Shown: positions 9,588 to 18,532, numbered from the stretch's first letter. The stretch is 64,000 nt of DNA from Dehalococcoidia bacterium (GCA_965263165.1 OZ253584.1:1138401-1202400), one strand, 5' to 3'. Program-made: numbers and translations. The notes: generated by a model from the letters alone, not told the origin.

Positions 9588-10163
9588 TCACGCCCCCTCG
9601 TAGTCTGTGGGGGCTGTACCCTGAGCTCCATTGGAGCCGGCATGCGACTTGTCCCGCTGGGCCAGCGCGTCCTGCCCTCGCTGCATGGCCAGGCGGCCAC
9701 TGCGCATGACCTCGCGGATGCCGAAGGGTTTCAGAAGCGCCATCAGGGCGTCGATCTTGGCCTCGCCGCCGGTGGCTTCCACGATGATGGCTGACGCCGC
9801 CACGTCCACGATCTTGGCCCTGAAAACGCCGACGATCTCGATGACTTCGGAACGGGACGCGGGAGTGGTCTGCACCTTGATCAGGGCCATTTCGCGGGCC
9901 ACCACCTGGTCCTCCGCGAACTCGGAGATCTTCACAACGTCGATGAGTTTATAGAGCTGCTTGGTGGCCTGCTCCACCGAGTAGTCGTCGCCGTCGATGA
10001 CGAAGGTCAGGCGCGACAGGTGCGGCGTCTCCGAGCGCCCCACGGCCAGGCTGCTGATGTTGATGCCCCGTCGCCGCACCAGGCTCACGACCCGGTTGAG
10101 GACACCGGGCCGGTCCTGCACTAGGGCTGTCAGCGTGTGCTTCCTTTCGGTGTCTATCGCCAC
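9588..10163 (-). CDS. ilvN: Acetolactate synthase small subunit
   Basis: ACT domain QDRPGVLNRV and KQLYKLIDV; follows ilvB. Confidence 0.96.
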   Translation of the reverse strand: MAIDTERKHTLTALVQDRPGVLNRVVSLVRRRGINISSLAVGRSETPHLSRLTFVIDGDDYSVEQATKQLYKLIDVVKISEFAEDQVVAREMALIKVQTTPASRSEVIEIVGVFRAKIVDVAASAIIVEATGGEAKIDALMALLKPFGIREVMRSGRLAMQRGQDALAQRDKSHAGSNGAQGTAPTDYEGA

Positions 10164-11851
10164 AGCGCCGCCTCCACAATGGGGTCTTCCAGCATCTCCG
10201 CGGTGCTCTGGCCGGCGGGAATCATGGGGAAGACGTTCTCCTCCACCTCAACCTGAAAGTCGATCAGGAACGGCCCGTCGTGGGCCATTGCTTGCTCGAT
10301 GGCCGGGCGCACCTGGCTGCGCTCCGTAACCCGCGCCCCCGCCATACCGAAAGCATCGGCCAGTTTCACAAAGTCGGGATTGGTGGTGTACATCGTGGCA
10401 ACGTAGCTCTTGTCGTAGAAGAACTGCTGCCACTGGCGCACCATGCCGAGGCAGTTGTTGTTGATGACGGCGAATTTCACGGGGATGTTGTTCTCCATCA
10501 TCGTTGCCAGCTCGTACATGGTCATCTGGAACCCGCCGTCACCGGCCACAGACCACACCTGCAGGTCGGGCCTGCCGACTTGGGCGCCCATGGCCGCCGG
10601 GACCTCGAAGCCCATGGTGCCGAGGCCGCCGGACGTGTGGAACCTGTTGGGGTGGTTGAACTTGAAGAACTGGGCCGCCCACATCTGGTGTTGGCCCACG
10701 CCGGTGACCACCATGGCCTCGCCGCCGGTGGCCTCGCAGATCTCCTGGATGACGTGTTGGGGCAGTAGTTTGTCCGAGTCATCGGCGCGCGCCAGGGGAT
10801 GCTTCGCCTTCAGCTCGTCGATTTCCCTGAGCCACTGAGGATGCGTCTTGGTCGGCGCCTGCTTGTTGAGCTGGGTCAGCACCCGCTTCAGGTCCCCCAC
10901 GATGGGGACCGTCGGAGGCACGTTCTTGCCGATCTCCGCCGGGTCGATGTCGATATGGATGATCTTGGCCTTCTTGGCGAAGTCGCTGAGGCGTCCCGTG
11001 ACGCGGTCGTCGAAGCGCATGCCCAAGCCTAGGATCAGGTCCGCCTCGTCGATGGCCAGCGAAGCGTAGGCCATCCCGTGCATGCCGGGCATCCCCAGAT
11101 AGAGCACGTGACTGGTGGGGAACGAGCTCACGCCCAAAAGCGTCGTGATCACCGGTATCTGGGCCTTCTCCGCCAATTCCTGCAACTCTTCGTGAGCGTT
11201 GGAGATGGAGACGCCGTGACCTGCCAGGATGAGGGGCCGCTCGGCCTCCTCGATGAGCTTGACTGCCCGCTTGATCATCGTGGGATGGCCGTCCATGACG
11301 GGCTTGTAGCCGGGCAGGTCGATGTCGTCCGGGTACGCGAACTCGGCGACCTCCGCCTGCACGTCCTTGGGGATGTCCACCAGAACGGGCCCCGGCCTGC
11401 CGGTGCGGGCGATGTAGAACGCTTCCTTCATGGCGCGCGGTATCTCCGCCGCATTCATCACCAGGAAGTTGTATTTGGTGATGGGCAGCGTTATGCCGGT
11501 GATGTCGGTTTCCTGGAAGGCGTCCCGCCCAATGGCGGGGCGGCCCACCTGCCCGGTCACGCAGACCAGCGGCACGGAGTCCATCTGCGCGGTGGCGATG
11601 GCTGTCACAAGGTTGGTTGCGCCGGGTCCGGACGTGGCCCAGGCTACACCCACTTTGCCGGTGGCCCGGGAGTAGCCCTCCGCAGCGTGGCCCGCTCCCT
11701 GTTCGTGACGGGTCAGGATGTGGCGGAGCTGAGGGTACTCGGGCAACGTCTGGTACAGGGGAAGAATGGCCCCCCCCACAATCCCAAAGATGGTGTCCAC
11801 TCCCTCCCTGATGAGGCTTTCGCAAACCATCTGTGCTCCCGTGAGCCTCAT
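10154..11851 (-). CDS. ilvB: Acetolactate synthase large subunit, biosynthetic type
   Basis: MRLTGAQ start after AGGAGGAG RBS; RHEQGAGH, TSGPGATN, GQHQMW and GDGGFQM motifs. Confidence 0.97.
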   Translation of the reverse strand: MRLTGAQMVCESLIREGVDTIFGIVGGAILPLYQTLPEYPQLRHILTRHEQGAGHAAEGYSRATGKVGVAWATSGPGATNLVTAIATAQMDSVPLVCVTGQVGRPAIGRDAFQETDITGITLPITKYNFLVMNAAEIPRAMKEAFYIARTGRPGPVLVDIPKDVQAEVAEFAYPDDIDLPGYKPVMDGHPTMIKRAVKLIEEAERPLILAGHGVSISNAHEELQELAEKAQIPVITTLLGVSSFPTSHVLYLGMPGMHGMAYASLAIDEADLILGLGMRFDDRVTGRLSDFAKKAKIIHIDIDPAEIGKNVPPTVPIVGDLKRVLTQLNKQAPTKTHPQWLREIDELKAKHPLARADDSDKLLPQHVIQEICEATGGEAMVVTGVGQHQMWAAQFFKFNHPNRFHTSGGLGTMGFEVPAAMGAQVGRPDLQVWSVAGDGGFQMTMYELATMMENNIPVKFAVINNNCLGMVRQWQQFFYDKSYVATMYTTNPDFVKLADAFGMAGARVTERSQVRPAIEQAMAHDGPFLIDFQVEVEENVFPMIPAGQSTAEMLEDPIVEAALWR

Positions 11852-11954
11852 GACGACTCCTCCTTTCTGCTGCACGCCATGCGTTGCGTTGAGCGACGCC
11901 GGCGCCTTTGCCGATGCCCTTAACTGTAGCCGCTTCTCTTTACGAAATCCAACA

Positions 11955-12225
11955 TTAAAGAAAACCGCCTCATCCACTCAAGGGACGAGGCGTTAGCTCG
12001 CGGTGCCACCCTTGTTCCCCGGCGCCGCCGGGGCACTCGTGTTCAGCGCATCTGCAATGCGCCCGCCTCTGGTAACGGGTGGCGTACCCGGCTCAGGCTA
12101 CTCGGTCCTCTTGGGGCCGTTCACCCTGCGGCTCGGGAGGCACGTTCGACGAGTTCTGCGGCGTCCGCTCACACCGTACCGGACTCGCTGGGCCCAGAGC
12201 TCTCGTCTACTCCTCTCCGTCGTCG
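11955..12225 (-). promoter_or_regulatory. T-box riboswitch leader of ilvBN-ilvC, probable Leu (CUC) specifier
   Basis: Minus strand AAGGGTGGCACCGCG T-box at 11999-12013, antiterminator partner CTCGTCCCT, terminator CGCCTCGTCCC...GATGAGGCG followed by TTTTCTTT; GAA-CTC-G specifier at 12151-12153. Confidence 0.88.
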
Positions 12226-12279
12226 CCGTTCGTAAGGGAATTTTGAGTTGTTCAATGTACGAACTGGAACTTACCAGCG

Positions 12280-12308
12280 AAGCTAGCATAGGCGACAGTG
12301 GCTGTCAA
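12280..12308 (-). promoter_or_regulatory. Sigma70 promoter of the T-box leader
   Basis: TTGACA-17bp-TAGCTT with extended -10 TG. Confidence 0.7.
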
Positions 12309-12332
12309 GTCGGCGCTGGAGGATTCCCCCAT

Positions 12333-12398
12333 CCCCGCCCCCGGGTACGGGGGCAGCTTAGGTTCCTTCCCTTGTACTCAGGGGAAGGCTAGGAAGGG
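12333..12398 (+). repeat. Two REP-like hairpins; the second is interrupted by IS1182
   Basis: CCCCGCCCCC-GGGTAC-GGGGGCAG-CTTAGG and CCTTCCCT...AGGGGAAGG-CTAGGAAGGG match the family seen at 17759, 53330 and 61142. Confidence 0.7.
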
Positions 12399-14056
12399 GA
12401 GCCTGTCTCAAAAGTAGCCGGCGCCCCTAGTGAGGAGCGGGCGCTAGTGGATAGACTGTCCTCAACGCGTGCTGGTTGGAGGGGCCTATGACGTGGCGAC
12501 CGATGGACCGAGAGCAAGCTTGGCTCTTGCCCCCCTCTCTAGACGATCTGCTCCCCGACGATCACCCTGTGCGCTTTGTTGCGAGCTTCGTCGACGGACT
12601 GACGAAGGAGGAATGGGCCGGATTCGGCGTCAATATGGAGGGCGAGGCGCTGGGCGCCCCCGCCTATCACCCCCGCTCGCTGCTGAGCATTTGGCTGTAT
12701 GGGTTCATGACGGGAGTACGCTCGTCGCGCAAGCTGGAAGCGAGCTGCCGGGACCAGATTCCCTTCCTCTGGCTGACCGGCTGGCAGCGCCCGGACCACA
12801 ACACCCTCTGGCGATTCTACAAGGCCCATCGCGTCAAGCTCCGGGGACTGCTGCGGCTAACGGTGCGAGCCGCCGTCCGCCTCGACCTGATCGACTGGGC
12901 GGTACAGGCCGTGGATGGCACGAAGGTGCAGGCCAACGCGTCGCCGTCGCGGACCTACGACGCCCAGGAGCTGGAGCGGCTCTTGGAGCGCACGGCCCAG
13001 GCCATCGCCGACTTGGAAGCGCAGAACGAGCGCAGGGACGACTTGGCCCCGCCGCGCCTGCCGCCCGAACTGCGCAAAGCCGAGCAGCGGCGCAAGCGCG
13101 TGTTGGCCGCGAGACGGGAGATGGAGGAAGAGGGGCCCCGCCACGCCAACCTGACCGACCCGGAGGCGCGGCTCATGCGCAGCCGCGGCGCCTACGTCAC
13201 CGGGTACAACGCCCAAGCCATGGCCGTCCCAGTGAGCCATGGCGACGGCGCCGGCGGCGGGCTGTTGATCACCGCTGCGGAGGTGACCCAGGACCAAGCG
13301 GACAACGCGCAACTGCTGCCCCTCATCGCCGCTGCGGCCGAGTCCGCCGAACGGACTCCGGCGCTTACCTTGGCCGACGCCGGGTACTTCTCCGGGGCCA
13401 ACCTAGCGGCGTGCGCGTTACACGATACACCGGTGGCCATGCCCGAACCCCGTTCCCACACCGCCCATCCCTACCATTACCGCCACTTCACCTACGACCC
13501 CGCCGCCGACCGCTACCAGTGCCCCGAGGGCCGCTACCTCACCTTCCGCCGCAGCAAAACAAAGACGGGTCATGCACCCGTCCGCCTCTACCAGGCCAGC
13601 GGGGCCACATGCCGCGCCTGTCCCGCCTTCGGCCTCTGCACGACGATCAAGAAAGGTCGCCGGATCGAGGTATCGCTCCACGATGCTGCGCTCCAGTCCC
13701 ACCGCCACTGGATGGAGACGCCGGAGACCCGGGCCGCCTACCGCCTGCGCAAACAGCTCGTGGAGCCGGTGTTCGGCATCGTGAAGGAGCAACAGGGGGC
13801 GCGCCGCTTCCTGTTGCGCGGGATCGAGGCCGTCCGCAGCGAGTGGTCGCTGCTGGCGGTGGCGTTCAACCTTCGCACCCTGCAGAAGGCCTGGAGGCGG
13901 TCCTTCTTCGGCCTCACCCGTCGTGGCCGGGCACTCAGCCGGGCCCTCAGCCTGTGGCCCTCACCCTCGGATACCCTGCTCGCCTGTCCAACCCACACAC
14001 CAGTCCTGCACAGACCCGCGCACATCGAGACCTTCGCTCTCTTGTGAGACAGGCTC
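12399..14056 (+). mobile_element. IS1182-family insertion sequence
   Basis: IRs GAGCCTGTCTCA(A/C)AAG at 12399-12414 and 14041-14056; 4 bp target duplication AGGG at 12395-12398 and 14057-14060. Confidence 0.92.
12488..14047 (+). CDS. IS1182-family DDE transposase
   Basis: GAPAYHPRSLL, RPDHNTL, AVDGTKV, ADAGY and VEPVFG motifs; ATG 12488 (ORF track 12476). Confidence 0.95.
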   Translation: MTWRPMDREQAWLLPPSLDDLLPDDHPVRFVASFVDGLTKEEWAGFGVNMEGEALGAPAYHPRSLLSIWLYGFMTGVRSSRKLEASCRDQIPFLWLTGWQRPDHNTLWRFYKAHRVKLRGLLRLTVRAAVRLDLIDWAVQAVDGTKVQANASPSRTYDAQELERLLERTAQAIADLEAQNERRDDLAPPRLPPELRKAEQRRKRVLAARREMEEEGPRHANLTDPEARLMRSRGAYVTGYNAQAMAVPVSHGDGAGGGLLITAAEVTQDQADNAQLLPLIAAAAESAERTPALTLADAGYFSGANLAACALHDTPVAMPEPRSHTAHPYHYRHFTYDPAADRYQCPEGRYLTFRRSKTKTGHAPVRLYQASGATCRACPAFGLCTTIKKGRRIEVSLHDAALQSHRHWMETPETRAAYRLRKQLVEPVFGIVKEQQGARRFLLRGIEAVRSEWSLLAVAFNLRTLQKAWRRSFFGLTRRGRALSRALSLWPSPSDTLLACPTHTPVLHRPAHIETFALL

Positions 14057-14105
14057 AGGGGTTCCCCTCCCCCCTCTTAGCGTTCGCATGGTGTATATTT
14101 TCCCC

Positions 14106-14246
14106 ATGCCCAACACCCTGTACTACGGCGACAACCTCGACATCCTCCGCGAGCACGTGCCCGACGAGTCGGTGGACCTGGTCTACCTGGACCCGCCTCA
14201 ACTACACGCGCATCACGCTGGCCCTTATCACCCACGCCAGCAGTAG
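14106..14246 (+). pseudogene. 5' fragment of an N6/N4 DNA methyltransferase
   Basis: MPNTLYYGDNLDILREHVPDESVDLVYLDPP; similarity ends immediately after DPP. Confidence 0.8.
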
Positions 14247-14314
14247 CCTCACGCACAAGGACTTCAATCTGGCCAGGCAGATCTCGGCCCTCGGCGCAAA
14301 CTCCTCACGGGGTG

Positions 14315-14343
14315 TTGACACAAGTGTTCTATTGCTGTAGTCT
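14315..14343 (+). promoter_or_regulatory. Sigma70 promoter of the HD-YwgA-like pair
   Basis: TTGACA-17bp-TAGTCT; GGAGG RBS before ATG 14372. Confidence 0.7.
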
Positions 14344-14371
14344 TGACTCCTAGCGTGACCGCGGAGGGCTG

Positions 14372-15625
14372 ATGGCACCCACGCGGGAATACCGCGACCC
14401 GCTCTATGGGCTCATCGAAGTAGATGAGTTGGAGCAGCGTATCATCGAGACCCCTGCGTTCCAGAGACTCCGTGGCATCGTCCAGCTGGGTACAACACCT
14501 CTCGTCTATCCCTCAGGCAATCATACCAGATTCGAACACGCTCTTGGCACGATGGATACCTCCAGTGAGTTGTACGATCGACTCACCCGCAGACAAGATA
14601 CTCTTCGCGTTCTAGGCTGGAACAGTGATACTCGCGAACTCAATAGACGGCTGCTACGGTTGGCAGCTCTTTTACACGATATTGGGCACGCACCATTTTC
14701 CCACGCTACAGAAGAATTATTTCCTAACTCCAAGGAGCATGAAGATTATAGCTACGACCTTATAACCCAACTGGAGATAGGCGATGCCATAGATCAGACA
14801 TTGGGTGCCGGATCGAAGGACCGAGTAGCAGGCATTGCCATTAACAAAGCTCAGACGGCAGACGACAGCTTCCTATCAGAGCTACTGGCAGGCGACATAG
14901 GGACGGACCGTGTTGATTATCTCGCTAGAGACTCCCATCATCTAGGGGTTGCGTACGGAACATTCGATCGGCATCGCCTGTTCAACACGCTCCATGTACG
15001 ACGCAACGAGACAACACAGGGTCCCGAATTGGCAATCACCGAGGGGGGGCTGCACGCGGTGGAAGGCTTCCTCCTCGCCCGGTACTTCATGTTCGTTGAT
15101 GTCTACTTCCACCGTACGCGCCGCATTCTGGACATCCACCTTACCGAATTCATCTGCGATCTTCTCCCTAGCAACACCTACCCCGCCACGGTTGAGGAGT
15201 TTCTCAAGTGGGACGATACCGCCATTCTTCGGGCCCTCCAGGAGCGTCGCTCGGAGTCGCTCGCGCGGCGCGTCATAGCACGAGAGTTCTTTCGTGAATG
15301 CTACTCCACGGTTGATCATCCCGAAAGAGCCGCGTTGGTTGGATTTAAATTGCTGTCGGAAGCCATTCGCGATAAGTTCGGCGATGACAATCTCCGCTTC
15401 GACTCCGCCGAGAAGGCTCCGTATCGCTATAATACTCCGCCGATCCTTGTTTCAACGAGTGCGGGATTTAGCTCGCTAGTCAACTGTTCTCCTCTAATCC
15501 AGAATCTGAACCGCATTAGGAAAAACCGCATCTATGTAAAAAATGATCTCCGGCAAGAAGCACAGAAATTCTGCCAGAAATGGTGGAAGGCCAATGTTGA
15601 TGACATACTCTTGGGGGTGACGTGA
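14372..15625 (+). CDS. HD-domain dNTP triphosphohydrolase-like protein (SAMHD1/YwfO type)
   Basis: QRLRGIVQLG, HTRFEHALG, LLHDIGHAPFSH, DRVDYLARD and MFVDVYFH motifs. Confidence 0.88.
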   Translation: MAPTREYRDPLYGLIEVDELEQRIIETPAFQRLRGIVQLGTTPLVYPSGNHTRFEHALGTMDTSSELYDRLTRRQDTLRVLGWNSDTRELNRRLLRLAALLHDIGHAPFSHATEELFPNSKEHEDYSYDLITQLEIGDAIDQTLGAGSKDRVAGIAINKAQTADDSFLSELLAGDIGTDRVDYLARDSHHLGVAYGTFDRHRLFNTLHVRRNETTQGPELAITEGGLHAVEGFLLARYFMFVDVYFHRTRRILDIHLTEFICDLLPSNTYPATVEEFLKWDDTAILRALQERRSESLARRVIAREFFRECYSTVDHPERAALVGFKLLSEAIRDKFGDDNLRFDSAEKAPYRYNTPPILVSTSAGFSSLVNCSPLIQNLNRIRKNRIYVKNDLRQEAQKFCQKWWKANVDDILLGVT

Positions 15626-16170
15626 TGGAGTTCATTGAACGGCTGGGTACTCTCACCCTGATCGTTGACCTAGCAGAAAGACGCTCTGTGTCCGTCGGTC
15701 ACACGCTGATGCAGAAGCTGGTCTATCTTCTCCAAGAGGCGCTTAACCAGGAGTTGGGATACCGGTTTCGCCTATATCACTATGGTCCTTACTGTGAAGA
15801 CGTCTGGGCCGACCTGCAGACCTTGGACAATATGGGAGCTCTATCTGTCTCCACCTCGCTAGACGGGTATGGCTTTGTAATCAAAACCAAGGACCGCGCT
15901 CAGAGATTCCTCGAGGCGGCGGATGCTGTCGCCCCCAAGCAACAGATCCAAGAGCTCCTGGAAGAGCTTAGTGGCCAGCGTGTGACTCAACTCGAGCTCG
16001 TCGCCACCACTCACTTCGTGCACACAGAGTTGAGGCGGAGAGACCAATTGGCAAATGTTACGGATGTTTCTCGCCGTGTACGAGACCTAAAGCCCCACTT
16101 CAGCGATGAACAAGTCGTTGAGGCGTTCGATCTTCTAACCCAGAAGGAATGGCTGGGATTGGACACCTAG
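15622..16170 (+). CDS. YwgA/Panacea (DUF4065)-like winged-helix protein
   Basis: MQKLVYLLQ and YHYGPY motifs; 4 bp overlap with HD gene. Confidence 0.65.
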   Translation: MMEFIERLGTLTLIVDLAERRSVSVGHTLMQKLVYLLQEALNQELGYRFRLYHYGPYCEDVWADLQTLDNMGALSVSTSLDGYGFVIKTKDRAQRFLEAADAVAPKQQIQELLEELSGQRVTQLELVATTHFVHTELRRRDQLANVTDVSRRVRDLKPHFSDEQVVEAFDLLTQKEWLGLDT

Positions 16171-16567
16171 GCTGCCAAGGGGACATGAAGAGGGTGGAGC
16201 CGTGCTCGCTGCGCAGGACGCGCGGCGGAGATGTTGTGCTGTACGCCTGCGAAGCCTACACCTCCGAGTACCTTACCATTCCGACCAGTCGGCTTTCGGA
16301 GGATGAGGTCACGCAATAGACATTCCTCCCGAAGTACGCCAATGAGCTGCTGCCGCCTAGCAGCTAAGATGAACGTTCCAGCCAAGCAGCTAGAAGGGCT
16401 TGGGGAGTATGCCCTTCCAGCGTCTGCGGAGCGGAGTTGCAGGCTACAGACTCAGCCACATCCCGAAGATGGTACTGCCTACCGTCAACTTAGGCCCCCC
16501 GGGGGACTCTTCATGTGTCGGCGGGTGCGCCACAACGGTGGCAGCCTCTCTTCCTGCCCCCGACTAC

Positions 16568-17758
16568 GGAGACCTTTGCGTAACCAAGGCAGGTGGGGCG
16601 AGAATGTAGCCATCCGAGGAAGTCCGGAGAGTACAGATGCATCGTCAGATGGGTCAGACGTCACTAGCAGAATCGCTGTTGCCGCAGTCGCTTGGAAGAA
16701 ACGAGCGTCTGGAGCGAATCGGCGAGGAGGTGGACTGGGAACGATTCGCCTTTCTGGTGGGGGGAGTCTACTCGGCCGATGAAGGGAGACCCAGTTATCC
16801 TCCGTTGATGATGGTCAAGGTACTGCTGCTGGAGCAGTGGTACAACCTGTCTGACCCGCAGATGGAAGAGGCACTCGGAGACCGCATATCGTTCCGTCGC
16901 TTTGTGGGGCTTGGGCTTCAGGACGAGACCCCTGACTACTCGACGATCAGCCGCTTTCGGACCGAGCTGGTCAAGCATGGGCTGAGTGAGGAGCTTTTCA
17001 AGGAGCTGGAAGTCCAACTGGACAAGCGCGGACTGGTATTGAAGGAGGGGACGTTGATGGACGCCACGCTGGTAGAGGCCCAAGTGCGTCGTCCACCCCT
17101 CGCTGCGGGACGTGGCGCCAAGAGTGCTACCGACCCCGATGCTGACTGGACGCGCCACCGTGGGAGTCGGGCGCACTTCGGCTACAAGGTGCATCTGGGT
17201 GTGGATGCAGGGACGGGGCTGGTGCGCAAGGGGATGCTGACGCCGGCCAAGGTCTATGAGAGCGAGGTGGCCGATGCGCTGGTGAGCGGTGACGAGGTGG
17301 CGGTGTACGGTGACCGCGCCTATGAGTCCAACAGGCGGCGTCGGTGGCTCACGTCTCATGGGATCAACGATCGGATCATGCACCGTTCCCACAAGCATCA
17401 ACCGGAGTTACCGCATTGGCAGAAGCGACGCAACGCGTTGATACGTCCGCGGCGGGCGTTGGTGGAGAAGGTCTTCGGCACCCTCAAGCGCAGCTACGGC
17501 TATAGCCGTGTCCGCTACCGGGGTTTGGGACGCAACGCCGTGGAGATGTGGTTCAAGCTGATGGCCTACAACTTGCGGAGGATGACCAAGTTGGCTGATT
17601 GCGCTGCCTGAACCACTGTGTAGGAGCAGTCCCGGGGGAGCCGCCACACCGGGACGCGCAGTGGGTGGCCTGAACCGCCCTGGATGCGGTTCCGTGAACT
17701 TCTTTTCCGTGCTGGCGGACCAATCGAAGGCTACACCCAGAGTTGCTCAAAGGTCTCC
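16568..17758 (+). mobile_element. IS5-family (IS1106-like ends) insertion sequence inserted in a REP loop
   Basis: IRs GGAGACCTTTG(C/A)G(T/C)AAC; target duplication GACTAC at 16562-16567 and 17759-17764 (or 8 bp CGACTACG if the IR starts one base inward). Confidence 0.92.
16637..17611 (+). CDS. IS5-family DDE transposase
   Basis: GRPSYP, LEQWYNLSDPQMEE, PDYSTISRFR, MDATLV, GDRAY and VEKVFGTLK motifs. Confidence 0.96.
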   Translation: MHRQMGQTSLAESLLPQSLGRNERLERIGEEVDWERFAFLVGGVYSADEGRPSYPPLMMVKVLLLEQWYNLSDPQMEEALGDRISFRRFVGLGLQDETPDYSTISRFRTELVKHGLSEELFKELEVQLDKRGLVLKEGTLMDATLVEAQVRRPPLAAGRGAKSATDPDADWTRHRGSRAHFGYKVHLGVDAGTGLVRKGMLTPAKVYESEVADALVSGDEVAVYGDRAYESNRRRRWLTSHGINDRIMHRSHKHQPELPHWQKRRNALIRPRRALVEKVFGTLKRSYGYSRVRYRGLGRNAVEMWFKLMAYNLRRMTKLADCAA

Positions 17759-17921
17759 GACTACGGGGGCAGGTTAGGAAGGAGATCCCAATCCCTGTAC
17801 CCAAAAACGTCGGAGGGTGGATCGGGTGGGACAACGGCGCAGGCCAAGCCGGACCCTTCGCTGAAGGACGACGCAGGCCACAACAAGACCATCCGCCCAG
17901 GAAGAACCCCGCCAACCCCCC

Positions 17922-17950
17922 TTGCAAAATGCGAACGATTGTGCTAGAGT
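17922..17950 (+). promoter_or_regulatory. Sigma70 promoter with LexA-like box (U1)
   Basis: TTGCAA aatgcGAACgattGTGC TAGAGT. Confidence 0.65.
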
Positions 17951-18503
17951 GCCCCCATAAACCCTGCCGCATACAGGTGGACTGGGGGAATCCATAGCGA
18001 GACCCCCTGGGCAGGAGGGTCTGGGAACGTTCCCCAGGCCCGCATCCACCCGAGGAAGGTTGGGACCCGAGCGCATGCCGTTGTATGGCACAGGCTCCTT
18101 GGAGCCATCCGGCTCAGCGACGGATGCGCGACGGCTAACGACGGATCCGCGACGGATGCGCGACGGCTTAACGACGGGTAAACGACGGATAGACGACGGC
18201 TCCGTGCCTGAAACCCCGAAATTCGGCTGAAAAACTTAACAACATACAATCAAAGACTGTCCCCGTACCCGTACCCGGGGGCAGGCTGGGAAGCGTCCCG
18301 ATGCGCCAACGCAAGCTCGCGACCGACGCCGCGCAGGGTGCAGGGGGCGCAGCCCCCGCCGGGGGTACAGGGGGAGTCCCCCTGTACCCCAAAACGTTGG
18401 AGGGTGGGCAGGTGGGACAACGGCGTAGGCCAAAGCAGACCCTCCGCCGAAGGAGGGCGCAAGCCAAAACAAATCCATCCGCCCAGGTTATGCCCCACCC
18501 CCA

Positions 18504-18532
18504 TTGCGAAATCAGAACAAATGTGCTATAGT
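18504..18532 (+). promoter_or_regulatory. Sigma70 promoter with LexA-like box (U2)
   Basis: TTGCGA aatcaGAACaaatGTGC TATAGT. Confidence 0.65.

Noticed and set aside
16167-16560. Possible third gene of the HD module (72 aa minus-strand ORF with a faint DUF4338-like GVGF segment)
   Set aside because: Too short and no convincing motif set; needs a profile search
18115-18205. Short repeat arrays as a CRISPR array
   Set aside because: Units are 10-11 bp with no unique spacers
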